Virus record (IMG/VR): IMGVR_UViG_3300050016_000116
Location: 1 to 64,000 of that record
Source: a virus
Length of the DNA stretch: 64,000 nucleotides
Reading direction: 5' to 3' (one strand)
Below are positions 1-8,866 of this stretch, piece after piece. The notes beneath the pieces are model-generated. The model was given only the letters and a program-made list of their open reading frames with translations, made no database searches and was not told where the DNA came from. Within the stretch, counting starts at the first letter, position 1. Each line of letters begins with the position of its first letter. A program made the position numbers and the translations under genes.

Positions 1-132
1 CACTCCTCGCCGCACTCGCCGCACTCGCCGCACTCGCCGCACTCCTCGCCGCACTCGCCGCACTCGCCGCACTCGCCGCACTCGCCGCACTCCTCGCCGC
101 ACTCGCCGCACTCGCCGCACTCGCCGCCGCAC
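1..132. repeat. Tandem 9/12-bp repeat (CACTCGCCG / CACTCCTCGCCG)n
   Basis: Directly visible; encodes AAS/AARS units in the minus-strand CDS. Confidence 0.95.
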
Positions 133-565
133 TCTCATCAACTTTCTCTCCCTTCGTCAGTGGGATGAGAACATCGGCGCACTTCTTGATTGCATCCTTC
201 ACAAGAGGATGAACAATCCCGGGATTCACTTTCTCATCGGTCAGAAGCCAATGTAAGAATTGCCACCCGACTCGTGACAAGTCTGAACCGGGTTTGATTG
301 CAGTCATGAACCTGACTGGCCACGCTTTCGCTTTCCCATTGGGCAGTCCCTCGAAGATGCAATCTTCCAGACGCGCAAGCATCTGAGGGATTCCAAAGCG
401 GGATTCGTACTCGACGTGGTTGTTGGAGTGGATAGTGCAACCGACTGCACAACCCTTCCCCTTTTCCCAATACACCCCCTTGATGATCTCATCTGCTTCA
501 GCGTGTTTTCGGAGCTGTTTGATGATCTTCGTCTTCTCTGTTCGCTTCCCGTGGTACGCGATCAT
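1..565 (-). CDS. Phage hypothetical protein with C-terminal (Ala-Ala-Ser)n repeat; runs off the left window edge, so it is absent from the ORF track
   Basis: Minus-strand ATG at 565 preceded by GAGAGGT; open frame MIAYHGKRTEKTKIIKQLRKHAEADEIIKGVYWEKGKGCAVGCTIH...LARLEDCIFEGLP...DESAAASAASAAS to position 1. Confidence 0.8.
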   Translation of the reverse strand, partial: MIAYHGKRTEKTKIIKQLRKHAEADEIIKGVYWEKGKGCAVGCTIHSNNHVEYESRFGIPQMLARLEDCIFEGLPNGKAKAWPVRFMTAIKPGSDLSRVGWQFLHWLLTDEKVNPGIVHPLVKDAIKKCADVLIPLTKGEKVDESAAASAASAASAARSAASAASAASAASAARSAASAASAASAARS

Positions 566-586
566 AGTTCTACCTCTCTCCGCAAC

Positions 587-595
587 GAGTGCCGT
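587..595 (-). promoter_or_regulatory. ACGGCACTC motif, minus-strand copy
   Basis: GAGTGCCGT at 587-595, pointing toward the minus-strand gene starting at 565. Confidence 0.7.
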
Positions 596-611
596 CGTGT
601 AGACTCCGGGC

Positions 612-3236
612 ATGGCGCTCCCGGGAAAAGGTACGTTCTATCCAAGCTGCAAGATGCGGCTCACCATCCGCTTTGAGGAGTTCGGGGACGTCTCGAAGAT
701 TGCAGCTCCTCCCGCGCTAACGACCAAGGCGCTCAGTGGTCTCGGAGGGAACAGGAACACTCTACAGGTCATCGCAGATCCAGCGAACCCGGGAGCGCTC
801 CTGCTCAGTTCGAAAGGGCAGACCCAGGCGCAGCCGTCCACACAGCAGTCATCCTCTTCTGATGACCTCACCTTCGACGTCACGGTTATCCCGAAGACGT
901 TGGACTGGAGCCTGAACGGGATCCGGACCGCAGACCAAGTCACCGCCACCGTCCTCTTCACCGATCTCCCCATTGACCCGCGCACTGTCCGGTCTGTCGC
1001 GGTGGAGGTCTTCATGGGGACGGTCACCGAGGCGGACTGGAATGCAGGCATCCAGGGAAAGCGCCGTGACGGTCCCACCATCGCTGGACAAGGAGAGCCG
1101 CTCAACCTTCTCTCCGACCAGTACGTTGATGGGAATGGGGCTCAGCGCACCAACTCCCGCTTTCAAGGATGGGTCGACAAGTGGAGTGTCGACTTCAAGA
1201 AAGAGGAGTTCATCATCCACCTTGAATGCACGGACAACATACGTCTGTTCATCAACCAGGAGGCTTCCCCTTCCCACGTCATCTCGATGGCAGACCCACT
1301 CGACAAGGCAGTGGCGAACTACCTGGCGAACTTCCCCCAATTCAACGGGCTCTCCGTCCAGTACCTCCCGGTGAACACCGCTCCCCCCGTCCTGAAGAAC
1401 GTGCTCCTCAACACCGCGTTCCGCCCGAACCTTGGTCCTCAACCGACCGGGGGAGGCGCTACGACGCAGCGGATGAGTGTGTGGGACTACCTGACGGACG
1501 TGTGCCGATCCATCGGTCACTCGATTCGGATTGTTGGGACTCGGGTTGTCATCCAACCAGTTCGTTCACTCACATCGAGTGCGAGCACGCAGCGACCGGA
1601 CGATCCCTACCGCCCCAGGAACGTGGATGGGACCGACTACCCGTACCGCACGGTCATCTACGGGTGGAACGTCAAAGAGATGAAGATGTCGCGCCAGTAC
1701 GCGAAGAAGGCACCAACGAATGTGGAGGTGAGGTGCTTTCCGGGAGACACGATCGTTTCAGCCAGGGGCATCGAGCGCATCTACCGTCGTCCCTACTCGG
1801 GGATGATGGTAGCGGCCGACACGAAGGGGACCGGGACTCTCTCCGGAACCCCGAATCACCCAATACTCACCACGCGGGGGTGGGTTCCTCTTGGAGAACT
1901 CCAAGAGGGAGACCACCTTGTCGGCTGCTCTTTCGGTGAGCGGCGAAGCATCCGAGACCCATATGTAGATGCAGGACCAACCCAGCTTTCCAAGCTCTTC
2001 GCTGCGCTTTTGAATGTAGGAGCTGCGAAACGGGTTCGCACCACTGACGACGACTTCCACGGCGATGGGACGGAGACCGAGATCGACGTTGTAGATGTCG
2101 ACGGCTTGTTGGGGAACCGGCTTGAACCCGCGGGAGCGGAGCCACTTCTCCAGTCGCTTTTCTCCGAATCCAATGAGAGCTTTCGTTTTCTGAAGCGCCT
2201 TCGCGCGAGCTACGAGCGAACGGTGAACTTGGTCACGAGGAAGCTTCTTGCCGCGTACCGAGTCTTGAGCCGACTTGGCGATGTTTCGTTTTTCCTCCGT
2301 GGTCATGCGACTGAACCGCAGTTGGCTGGCATCGCAGAGTCCTCGCAACGGAACTCCGTTGCGCTTGAAGATGCGCCTGAAAGTGATCTCGGGGCGTCCT
2401 TCTACGCGCGAGATGGAAGTGATCGATTCCCCGGCGAGGTAACGTTTCACGAGGTCATCAAGATTCGGAAGTACGAGTGGTCGGGTCACGTCTACAACCT
2501 CCAGACTGCTTCTGAGTGGTACATCGCCGGGGGGATCATAACTCATAATTGTTACCAGACTGACCGCAAGGTCGTGATGGTGTCGCGCTGGCCCGCGAAC
2601 AACAAGACCTCTCCCAACGCCGGACGCCTCACGAGTCCCATCCCCGGCAACGCGCAGCCGGACAACAAGTGGACCGTGTTCAACGTCTCGGGCATCAAGG
2701 ACCAAGCGACGCTCGACACCATCGCGCAGTCCACCTACGAAGCTCTCGGACGTCAGGAGTTCGAAGTGGAGGTGGAGACGGACGATCTCACTTCCTTCGG
2801 TGGGGACAACACGGACCCGGACATCTTTGACATGACCGCGGGTGACACGTTCGAGGTCTTCACCCAGCGTGACAAGAACGAGCGCAGCTCTGTCACCTAC
2901 GCAGAGACGAAGCTCTCTGCTCTCTCACTCAACTCCGCGTACATGCAAACGCTCGGGTTCTCCGCGGAGTTCGCGAACCGCTACGCCAAGGCGTACACCA
3001 ACGCGGGCTTCCTCACGACGTTCCGACTCCGGAACATGAAGGTGCGGTGGTCGATCGAGGGAGGGGACGGAGGAGGCATCGCGTTCAGACTTCTCGGGGT
3101 GAACTACCTTGAGGTGAGGATGGACAAGAGCCTCCCTGCTGGTCAGGAGCCTGGTACGTCTGCTCCCACCGCTACTCCAGCGCTTCCTGCCAACAACCAA
3201 CCGCAGTCCACGAACCCGACGATCGAGTTTCCATGA
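612..3236 (+). CDS. Baseplate hub / late-control-D-like tail protein, intein-containing
   Basis: 874 aa, first gene of a baseplate cluster; hub-like FQGWVDKW..IHLECTD and SVWDYLTDVCRSIG segments; intein at aa 375-646. Confidence 0.65.
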   Translation: MALPGKGTFYPSCKMRLTIRFEEFGDVSKIAAPPALTTKALSGLGGNRNTLQVIADPANPGALLLSSKGQTQAQPSTQQSSSSDDLTFDVTVIPKTLDWSLNGIRTADQVTATVLFTDLPIDPRTVRSVAVEVFMGTVTEADWNAGIQGKRRDGPTIAGQGEPLNLLSDQYVDGNGAQRTNSRFQGWVDKWSVDFKKEEFIIHLECTDNIRLFINQEASPSHVISMADPLDKAVANYLANFPQFNGLSVQYLPVNTAPPVLKNVLLNTAFRPNLGPQPTGGGATTQRMSVWDYLTDVCRSIGHSIRIVGTRVVIQPVRSLTSSASTQRPDDPYRPRNVDGTDYPYRTVIYGWNVKEMKMSRQYAKKAPTNVEVRCFPGDTIVSARGIERIYRRPYSGMMVAADTKGTGTLSGTPNHPILTTRGWVPLGELQEGDHLVGCSFGERRSIRDPYVDAGPTQLSKLFAALLNVGAAKRVRTTDDDFHGDGTETEIDVVDVDGLLGNRLEPAGAEPLLQSLFSESNESFRFLKRLRASYERTVNLVTRKLLAAYRVLSRLGDVSFFLRGHATEPQLAGIAESSQRNSVALEDAPESDLGASFYARDGSDRFPGEVTFHEVIKIRKYEWSGHVYNLQTASEWYIAGGIITHNCYQTDRKVVMVSRWPANNKTSPNAGRLTSPIPGNAQPDNKWTVFNVSGIKDQATLDTIAQSTYEALGRQEFEVEVETDDLTSFGGDNTDPDIFDMTAGDTFEVFTQRDKNERSSVTYAETKLSALSLNSAYMQTLGFSAEFANRYAKAYTNAGFLTTFRLRNMKVRWSIEGGDGGGIAFRLLGVNYLEVRMDKSLPAGQEPGTSAPTATPALPANNQPQSTNPTIEFP
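1734..2549 (+). mobile_element. Intein (272 aa) in baseplate-hub-like protein
   Basis: Block A CFPGDTIV, block B GTPNHPILTTRGW, block F GHVYNLQT, block G GIITHN followed by Cys+1 (NVEVR|CYQTDRK). Confidence 0.92.
1758..2489 (-). CDS. Antisense Vsr/DUF559-like (PD-(D/E)XK) homing-endonuclease candidate nested inside the intein
   Basis: GTG at 2489 with GGAGG 8 nt upstream; HTH-like LDDLVKRYLAGESITSIS, basic linker, then GEKRLEKWLRSRG..QQAVDIYNVDLG..IAVEV..EELGKLGWSCIYIW; stop at 1758 lies within the intein. Confidence 0.75.
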   Translation of the reverse strand: MTRPLVLPNLDDLVKRYLAGESITSISRVEGRPEITFRRIFKRNGVPLRGLCDASQLRFSRMTTEEKRNIAKSAQDSVRGKKLPRDQVHRSLVARAKALQKTKALIGFGEKRLEKWLRSRGFKPVPQQAVDIYNVDLGLRPIAVEVVVSGANPFRSSYIQKRSEELGKLGWSCIYIWVSDASPLTERAADKVVSLLEFSKRNPPPRGEYWVIRGSGESPGPLRVGRYHHPRVGTTVDALDAPG

Positions 3237-4300
3237 ACCTCTCCGAGATGGACATCGCATCCCTTCGGGACCTCTTCTCGGGTCCTGGAGTGGATACGCG
3301 TTCGTGGCTGGAGTACGGGCAGGTTCAACCCGACAGCGGGGACTCGCACTCGGTCCGCTTCAACGATGAGGACGGCAACCCTCTGCCCCAGGGGGTCATG
3401 GTGGACGTGAAGCTCCAACCGGGAGGGATCATCCTTCCTTGCCGGGTTGGAGGACATCTAGCGGGCACGGGTGAGGCTGAGTATTCGCCATTCGGTCCTG
3501 GTGACGAAGTGCTTGTGGCGATTCCTTCGGGGGACGAGCGCCAGGGAGGGGTCATCATCTCCCGGCTCACGAATACCTACGACACGTTCCCGCGTCAGGT
3601 CGCTGGGCAGGATGTCACACTCAACAACGTCACCTTCAAGCGGCTCAAGACCCCCTACATCCTGGAGACAGCGGCTTCCTATCTCGTGCGCTCAGCGCTC
3701 ACGGGCGCGCAGCTCGCGATGGACGCATCGGGCAACCTCTTCTTCTCCGATGGGGAAGGGTCACTGCTCTCGATCTCGCAGAGCGTCATCACTCTCCAGA
3801 CCCCGAAGGGGGAAGCGCTTCTCCAGATCGATCCAGTCGGGTTCAGCGTCGCTCTCCAGTCGAATGCAACGAGCCTTGTGCTCGATGACGCGAACGGGTC
3901 TAACTTCCTCTCCGGCAACACCCTCTCGATCGGAACACTCGGGATCAATCCAGGGCAGCACGCGGTTACGCTCGAACAGGTGCTCGGTATCATCGCGAAC
4001 ACGATCTGCATGCTCGGGAACACTCTCGCCTTCGACCAGCTCGGACCGTACGCTTCGGCCGCGTGGAGTGCGGGCGCGCCCGCACTCCTCACCGCGATCT
4101 TTGCGGGCGTGATACCGGGCTGCGTCCTACCGACCCCCGTTGGGACGGGGGGTCTCCCAGGTGGGCTCCTCGATGCGCTCGGGTTGGCAGTGCTTCTTCC
4201 CGTTGCGCTCGGGCAACCAGATCTGCACGGTCCCGACAAGCCGATTCCCGTTCCTGCACCCTTCGCTCCCGGACTTGGGCGCGGGGGTCTGTTCATTTAG
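3233..4300 (+). CDS. Baseplate spike / gpV-like protein
   Basis: N-terminal OB-fold-like segment (PFGPGDEVLVAIPSGD..GGVIISRL) followed by beta-rich repeats; position after the hub gene. Confidence 0.65.
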   Translation: MNLSEMDIASLRDLFSGPGVDTRSWLEYGQVQPDSGDSHSVRFNDEDGNPLPQGVMVDVKLQPGGIILPCRVGGHLAGTGEAEYSPFGPGDEVLVAIPSGDERQGGVIISRLTNTYDTFPRQVAGQDVTLNNVTFKRLKTPYILETAASYLVRSALTGAQLAMDASGNLFFSDGEGSLLSISQSVITLQTPKGEALLQIDPVGFSVALQSNATSLVLDDANGSNFLSGNTLSIGTLGINPGQHAVTLEQVLGIIANTICMLGNTLAFDQLGPYASAAWSAGAPALLTAIFAGVIPGCVLPTPVGTGGLPGGLLDALGLAVLLPVALGQPDLHGPDKPIPVPAPFAPGLGRGGLFI

Positions 4301-4334
4301 TGAAGCGGCTAGGATCATTCGCTACATTCGTCTG

Positions 4335-4676
4335 GTGCCCCAATTCCAACTAGGCGTCACCCCTCCTCCGCTTCCCGTTCTCCCGGTCAATCTCGGAGGA
4401 GGGGACTTCAACGTTGGGGTGAGCTTGTTGCCACCCCCCATCGTGCTCCCCTGTGGGTTCACGATCGCGCTTCCCAAGATCGTCTTGGGGCTCAACCTCG
4501 GTCTTCTGCTCAAGCTCCTTCTCGGGCTCCAGCTCCCCTCGTTCTTCTTCGCGTTCTCAATCTCCTGCGACCTCTCGAACCCCATCAACATCACCGCGGG
4601 GTTGAGTCTTCCGTTCGGGGGTGGGAGAGTTCCAAACGCGCCTCCCGATCCAGATCTCGATGACAGCTTCCCCTGA
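4335..4676 (+). CDS. Hypothetical Pro/Leu-rich protein in baseplate cluster
   Basis: Part of ORF 4140..4676; probable GTG start at 4335. Confidence 0.5.
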   Translation: MPQFQLGVTPPPLPVLPVNLGGGDFNVGVSLLPPPIVLPCGFTIALPKIVLGLNLGLLLKLLLGLQLPSFFFAFSISCDLSNPINITAGLSLPFGGGRVPNAPPDPDLDDSFP

Positions 4677-4677
4677 C

Positions 4678-4699
4678 ATTGGCAAAGCGCTTTTCGAAT
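4678..4699. repeat. Dispersed palindrome copy (ATTGGCAAAGCGCTTTTCGAAT)
   Basis: Member of the 14-copy AAAGCGCTTT family. Confidence 0.85.
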
Positions 4700-4709
4700 C
4701 GAGGACAAC

Positions 4710-5648
4710 TTGGGCAATCTCGCACTGACGATCGGATTCGGCGCAGAACCGTGGGGAGACGGACCCTCGGGATGGGGCAGTCCCGTCCCCACCGACAACC
4801 TGGAACTACTCTCGGCAGTAGCGATCCGTGAGAACGTCTTCCAGCTCACATTCTCGCTGCCCATCTACCTCTCGGGATTGCTCGACCTCCCGGATGGATC
4901 AATCCCATCGAAGTACGCAATCGCGGCGATCAACACGACAGGACTCGATGGGAACCGGGTGCGCCCGGTCACTGCGGTCAACGTGGCCTACGCGCAGCCC
5001 ATCTCAGCCGGGGGAGACCTTCCGAACGGAGCGACGTACGGAGCAGTGCTCGACGTGACCACGGACCGGCCAATGAGCCCGTACCCGTGCCAGTACCAGA
5101 TCACGCTCACGAACCTGTTCGACACGACTCTCGCATCTGCACTCGACCCACTGAACTCCTCCCTCGCAGTGCTCGCGGTGTGGAGGCAGTTCGTCCCTCC
5201 CCAAGTGCAGCTCCCGACACCTACGCGTGACTTCGCCAACCCGCAGACCCTCTCCGCGGTGCTTGACCCTCTCCCGAACCCAGGCAACCCCCTCAACCTC
5301 GGCATCTTCCCGGTCGCGGATGGGGACTACGCCCTGGACCAGGGACTCGTGAGCTACAAGAAGCGTGTCTTTCGTCGGCTCGTCACGAAGCCAGGTGGGT
5401 TCCTGCATCTCGGACAGAGCTACGGGGTTGGGATCGGGCTCCACGGAAAGCAGCTTGCGAAGCCGTCCACACGCAACTCTCTCGCTTCGAACGCGGAGAG
5501 TCAGATCGGACAGGAGCCGGAGACAGAAGCTTGCACCGTGAACGCAGTGGTCGATGCGAATGCTCCGGGACTCACACGATTCGTCATCCTCGCGAAGACC
5601 AAAGGCGGACAGGTCTCGAAGTTCACGGCTGCATTCCCTCCCCCGTAG
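4710..5648 (+). CDS. Baseplate wedge gp25/gpW-like protein with N-terminal Ig-like domain
   Basis: C-terminal DYALDQGLVSYKKRVFRRLVTKPGGFLHLGQSYGVGI resembles gp25-like domains; lies upstream of baseplate J. Confidence 0.6.
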   Translation: MGNLALTIGFGAEPWGDGPSGWGSPVPTDNLELLSAVAIRENVFQLTFSLPIYLSGLLDLPDGSIPSKYAIAAINTTGLDGNRVRPVTAVNVAYAQPISAGGDLPNGATYGAVLDVTTDRPMSPYPCQYQITLTNLFDTTLASALDPLNSSLAVLAVWRQFVPPQVQLPTPTRDFANPQTLSAVLDPLPNPGNPLNLGIFPVADGDYALDQGLVSYKKRVFRRLVTKPGGFLHLGQSYGVGIGLHGKQLAKPSTRNSLASNAESQIGQEPETEACTVNAVVDANAPGLTRFVILAKTKGGQVSKFTAAFPPP

Positions 5649-5747
5649 CAGTGACGCTCTACCGCTGGTAGAGTCTGCGAATGATGGACTCAGCTACTAC
5701 CTCCACTTGGAGTGGTGAGAATCTTCATTGGGGAAAGGTATAGTCGA

Positions 5748-6917
5748 GTGGACCTCCCCTCGCGTCTCACTTTGTACAGCATTGGGCGGGACTACATCGT
5801 ATCGAGGAACACGAAGATCGACCCGGGGCAGGTCGATGTCCTCGGATCGGATGCCAACGTCTTCGTCGGTTCCAACTCCGTCATCGGTGCATCGATCGTC
5901 CGCCAGCTCGGGTACGCGGCAGCGCGGATGTTCCTCGATGGGGCGGTGGGGGACGATCTTGATCGTCTCGCGTTCGATCGCTACGGGATGACCAGGAAGG
6001 GAGCGAGCGCGGCTCTCGGTTCTGTCTCGTTCACGCGCCCTACCTTCGGAGCGGGCGGTGGAAGTCTTCTCGTAGGGACCATTCTCCAGACGCTCACGGG
6101 GGTTCAGTACATCACGACCACCGCAGCGACATTCGGACCGACCGATCTCGGGACTCCGACCGCGAACGTGCGCGCGGTCCAGGCAGGGAAGGCGTCTCAG
6201 GTCGGCATCAACTCGATCACGAAGATCATCCCATCTCCCGCTGCACCCCTCTTCGACCCGTCGATCATCGTCACTAATCCCCTCGCGACAGCAGGCGGGG
6301 AGGACACGGAGAATGACGACATCTTCCGGGCGCGCATCCGCAACTTCTGGAACACGGCGCGCCGCGGTGTCCTCTCTGCGATCGAGTTCGGCGCGACGAG
6401 TGTGCCCGGTGTCGTCTCAGCGCAGGCGTTCGAGTTCTTCACCGGGGGAGGGTTCCCAGCTCGAATCGTGGCGCTCTACATCGCGGATTCGAGCGGAGTA
6501 GCAAGTCAGGCGCTCGCAGCGCTCGTAGATGCGTCCCTTCAGGACTTCCGTGCAGCGGGCATCACTGTCCTCATCTTCACCAGTCTCCCATTCATCGTGA
6601 GCGTGCAGCTCAAGCTCGCATTCGAGACTGGCGTGGACACCATCACCCTTTCCAACACCATCCTCGCGGCGGTGGTCAGCTTCATCAACTCCATCCCCGT
6701 CAACTCTCCGCTCTACCTGAACCAACTCGGCGCAGTGCTCGCGCGGTTCGTCTCTCTCGGGCTTGTGCCTGGTGACTCGTCTGTCGTCTCTCCGGTGGGA
6801 GACGTCTTCCCGACTCCCGGTCAGACCATTCGCGCGACTCCCCAGAGCGTCACGTTGGCTCCCACGAGTACAGCTCAACCCAGGTCTCTTCTGCTCAGAG
6901 CTTCGCGGCTCATCTGA
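5748..6917 (+). CDS. Baseplate J-like protein
   Basis: FLDGAVGDDLDRLA, ASAALGSVSFTR, NPLATAGGEDTENDDIFRARI motifs. Confidence 0.88.
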   Translation: MDLPSRLTLYSIGRDYIVSRNTKIDPGQVDVLGSDANVFVGSNSVIGASIVRQLGYAAARMFLDGAVGDDLDRLAFDRYGMTRKGASAALGSVSFTRPTFGAGGGSLLVGTILQTLTGVQYITTTAATFGPTDLGTPTANVRAVQAGKASQVGINSITKIIPSPAAPLFDPSIIVTNPLATAGGEDTENDDIFRARIRNFWNTARRGVLSAIEFGATSVPGVVSAQAFEFFTGGGFPARIVALYIADSSGVASQALAALVDASLQDFRAAGITVLIFTSLPFIVSVQLKLAFETGVDTITLSNTILAAVVSFINSIPVNSPLYLNQLGAVLARFVSLGLVPGDSSVVSPVGDVFPTPGQTIRATPQSVTLAPTSTAQPRSLLLRASRLI

Positions 6918-8854
6918 TGAGCGTCACATCGGGACCTCTCAGCGTTGCTGACTTGCTTGCGATCTGGACGCAGGCAGTAGACGAAAGCTATGCGCAGCCG
7001 TTCCTTGCAGTGGGAGAGGGGAACGGACTCGAAGCGTACACGCAGGCATTCGCGCAATACGCGCGCATCAGCACTGCAATCGATGTCACGACGCAAGCGT
7101 GCTTCACGCTCCCCTGGAGTGGGCAGACGAACCTTCCCGCATCAGGAGCCAACCTATCCACCGTCACGCTCACCTTCCAGCGCTCGAAGCGCATGGACCA
7201 ACCGCTCATCCTCTCTGCGGGCACGGTCTTCTACGATGAACAGGTGAACGACTGGAGCGAGACGGGAAGTGTCCCCGTGCTCAGCGGGCTCCGGTACACC
7301 CTCCAACAGGATCTCGTCTTCCAACCGGGGGACATGGGCCCGCTCACCGCGGTCGCTCAGGCAGAGAAAGCTGGCTACAGCTACAACAACCCGCTTCCTG
7401 GAGCGATCCGTGTGGTCGACCAGGAAGGGACTCAGTTCACGAACATCGATGCGACGGTGCTCGTGCAGGTTCCTGTCGCGGTTGACCCGGGGAGCATGAG
7501 TTTCTTCCAGCTCCAAGTCTTCAACGCGCCCGACGTCGTCATCCCAGCGCACGTTGGGCAATACTTCCAATTCACGTCGGGTGTGAACGCGGGACCGACC
7601 ATCTACCACGCGATCGGGTACGTGCCTCCGAACCCACCCGCGAATGGAGGCACCCTCACCTTCGAGTCCTTGGTTACGATCGTGAGTCACTTCACCACGG
7701 GGACGTTCGTTCCAGGGGAAGTGGTGCAGGTCAACGGTCCCATCATCGGGAGCATCGCGGGGTATCTGCTCTATCGTGGCGGGTACGTCCTCAATGGGAA
7801 CTTCACTGCGACGTACGCAGTGCGGTGCGGAACATTGGGGACGACAGACACTCTCCAAGGACTGACGAGTGGAGCGACGGGAAACGTCACCTCGATCCTC
7901 ACAACCCCTTTGGCGGGAGAGACGAGTGACGCAACCTGGGTCATCCTTGATTGGATTCAAGACCTCGGACTCACGGTCACGAACAAGCAGCAACCAACCG
8001 GGGGAACGTTCCCGATGCTCGACGGGATCGGGATCGACAAGAATCTCCCACGTCAGTTCGGGGAGATGGATCCTGGGTACCGCACACGCATCTCTCGAAT
8101 CGCCGATGTCGTTTCCCCCAACGCGATTCGCAGATCTCTCAACCAGACACTTGGGGCGATTCCCTGGTGCTTTCGGGAAGTGGGGTATCCCCTCCTCCCG
8201 GGGTTCTTCTATGATCACGACTTCTACGACTACGATGCAGTGTTGTTCACCCCCACACTTCTCGGGTTCGCAGGGTTCCTCAATGGGGAAAAGGTTTTCC
8301 AGACCCAAGCAGGTGGACAGGTAGCAGTCGGGCGTGCGCTCAACCGAGCAGAGCAGATTGCTCACGCCGGCGTGAGCACGGGCATCCTCAACAACGTGTT
8401 CTACATCCCCGGTGCAGCAGGGACGACGGGTGTGCCCAACATCAACGAGTTCATCGGGGTTGCGAACATCTGGACAACTCCCTTCGTGACCGGACTTCCT
8501 TGTATTGGGAAGGTGAGCGGGACCTCCACCACCCCGGCATCTCTCGCGGGAGGTATCTCGGTCATCCCAACGAATCGTTGGCGTGTGTACCTCGACTATC
8601 TCCGGTTCAGAGCCTACTTCCTCGTCTCTCTACCGCGCCTGGGAGCAGGAGACTTTGGGTTCTTCTACGGCGCTGGGAATGGGTCGTACGGGCTACTCAA
8701 CTTCTACGATCTCCCAGGAGCGCTCAACGACTTCTACGACGGGTTCCCCGTCACTGTCGCCACGCTCTACCGAAACGTCTACAACGCGATAGACAAGATT
8801 CGAGCAAGTGGCGTGTACTTCGAGTTCGCCCCGGCAGATTCCCCGTGCGTGTGA
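6917..8854 (+). CDS. Baseplate wedge / tail protein (gpI-like region)
   Basis: 645 aa, coupled to J; MLDGIGIDKNLPRQFGEMDPGYRTRI and C-terminal AIDKIRASGV. Confidence 0.6.
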   Translation: MSVTSGPLSVADLLAIWTQAVDESYAQPFLAVGEGNGLEAYTQAFAQYARISTAIDVTTQACFTLPWSGQTNLPASGANLSTVTLTFQRSKRMDQPLILSAGTVFYDEQVNDWSETGSVPVLSGLRYTLQQDLVFQPGDMGPLTAVAQAEKAGYSYNNPLPGAIRVVDQEGTQFTNIDATVLVQVPVAVDPGSMSFFQLQVFNAPDVVIPAHVGQYFQFTSGVNAGPTIYHAIGYVPPNPPANGGTLTFESLVTIVSHFTTGTFVPGEVVQVNGPIIGSIAGYLLYRGGYVLNGNFTATYAVRCGTLGTTDTLQGLTSGATGNVTSILTTPLAGETSDATWVILDWIQDLGLTVTNKQQPTGGTFPMLDGIGIDKNLPRQFGEMDPGYRTRISRIADVVSPNAIRRSLNQTLGAIPWCFREVGYPLLPGFFYDHDFYDYDAVLFTPTLLGFAGFLNGEKVFQTQAGGQVAVGRALNRAEQIAHAGVSTGILNNVFYIPGAAGTTGVPNINEFIGVANIWTTPFVTGLPCIGKVSGTSTTPASLAGGISVIPTNRWRVYLDYLRFRAYFLVSLPRLGAGDFGFFYGAGNGSYGLLNFYDLPGALNDFYDGFPVTVATLYRNVYNAIDKIRASGVYFEFAPADSPCV

Positions 8855-8866
8855 AAGGATAGGACC

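Noticed and set aside
1-132. Tandem repeat as a telomere, iteron or CRISPR array
   Set aside because: It is in frame with a good minus-strand CDS (AAS repeats)
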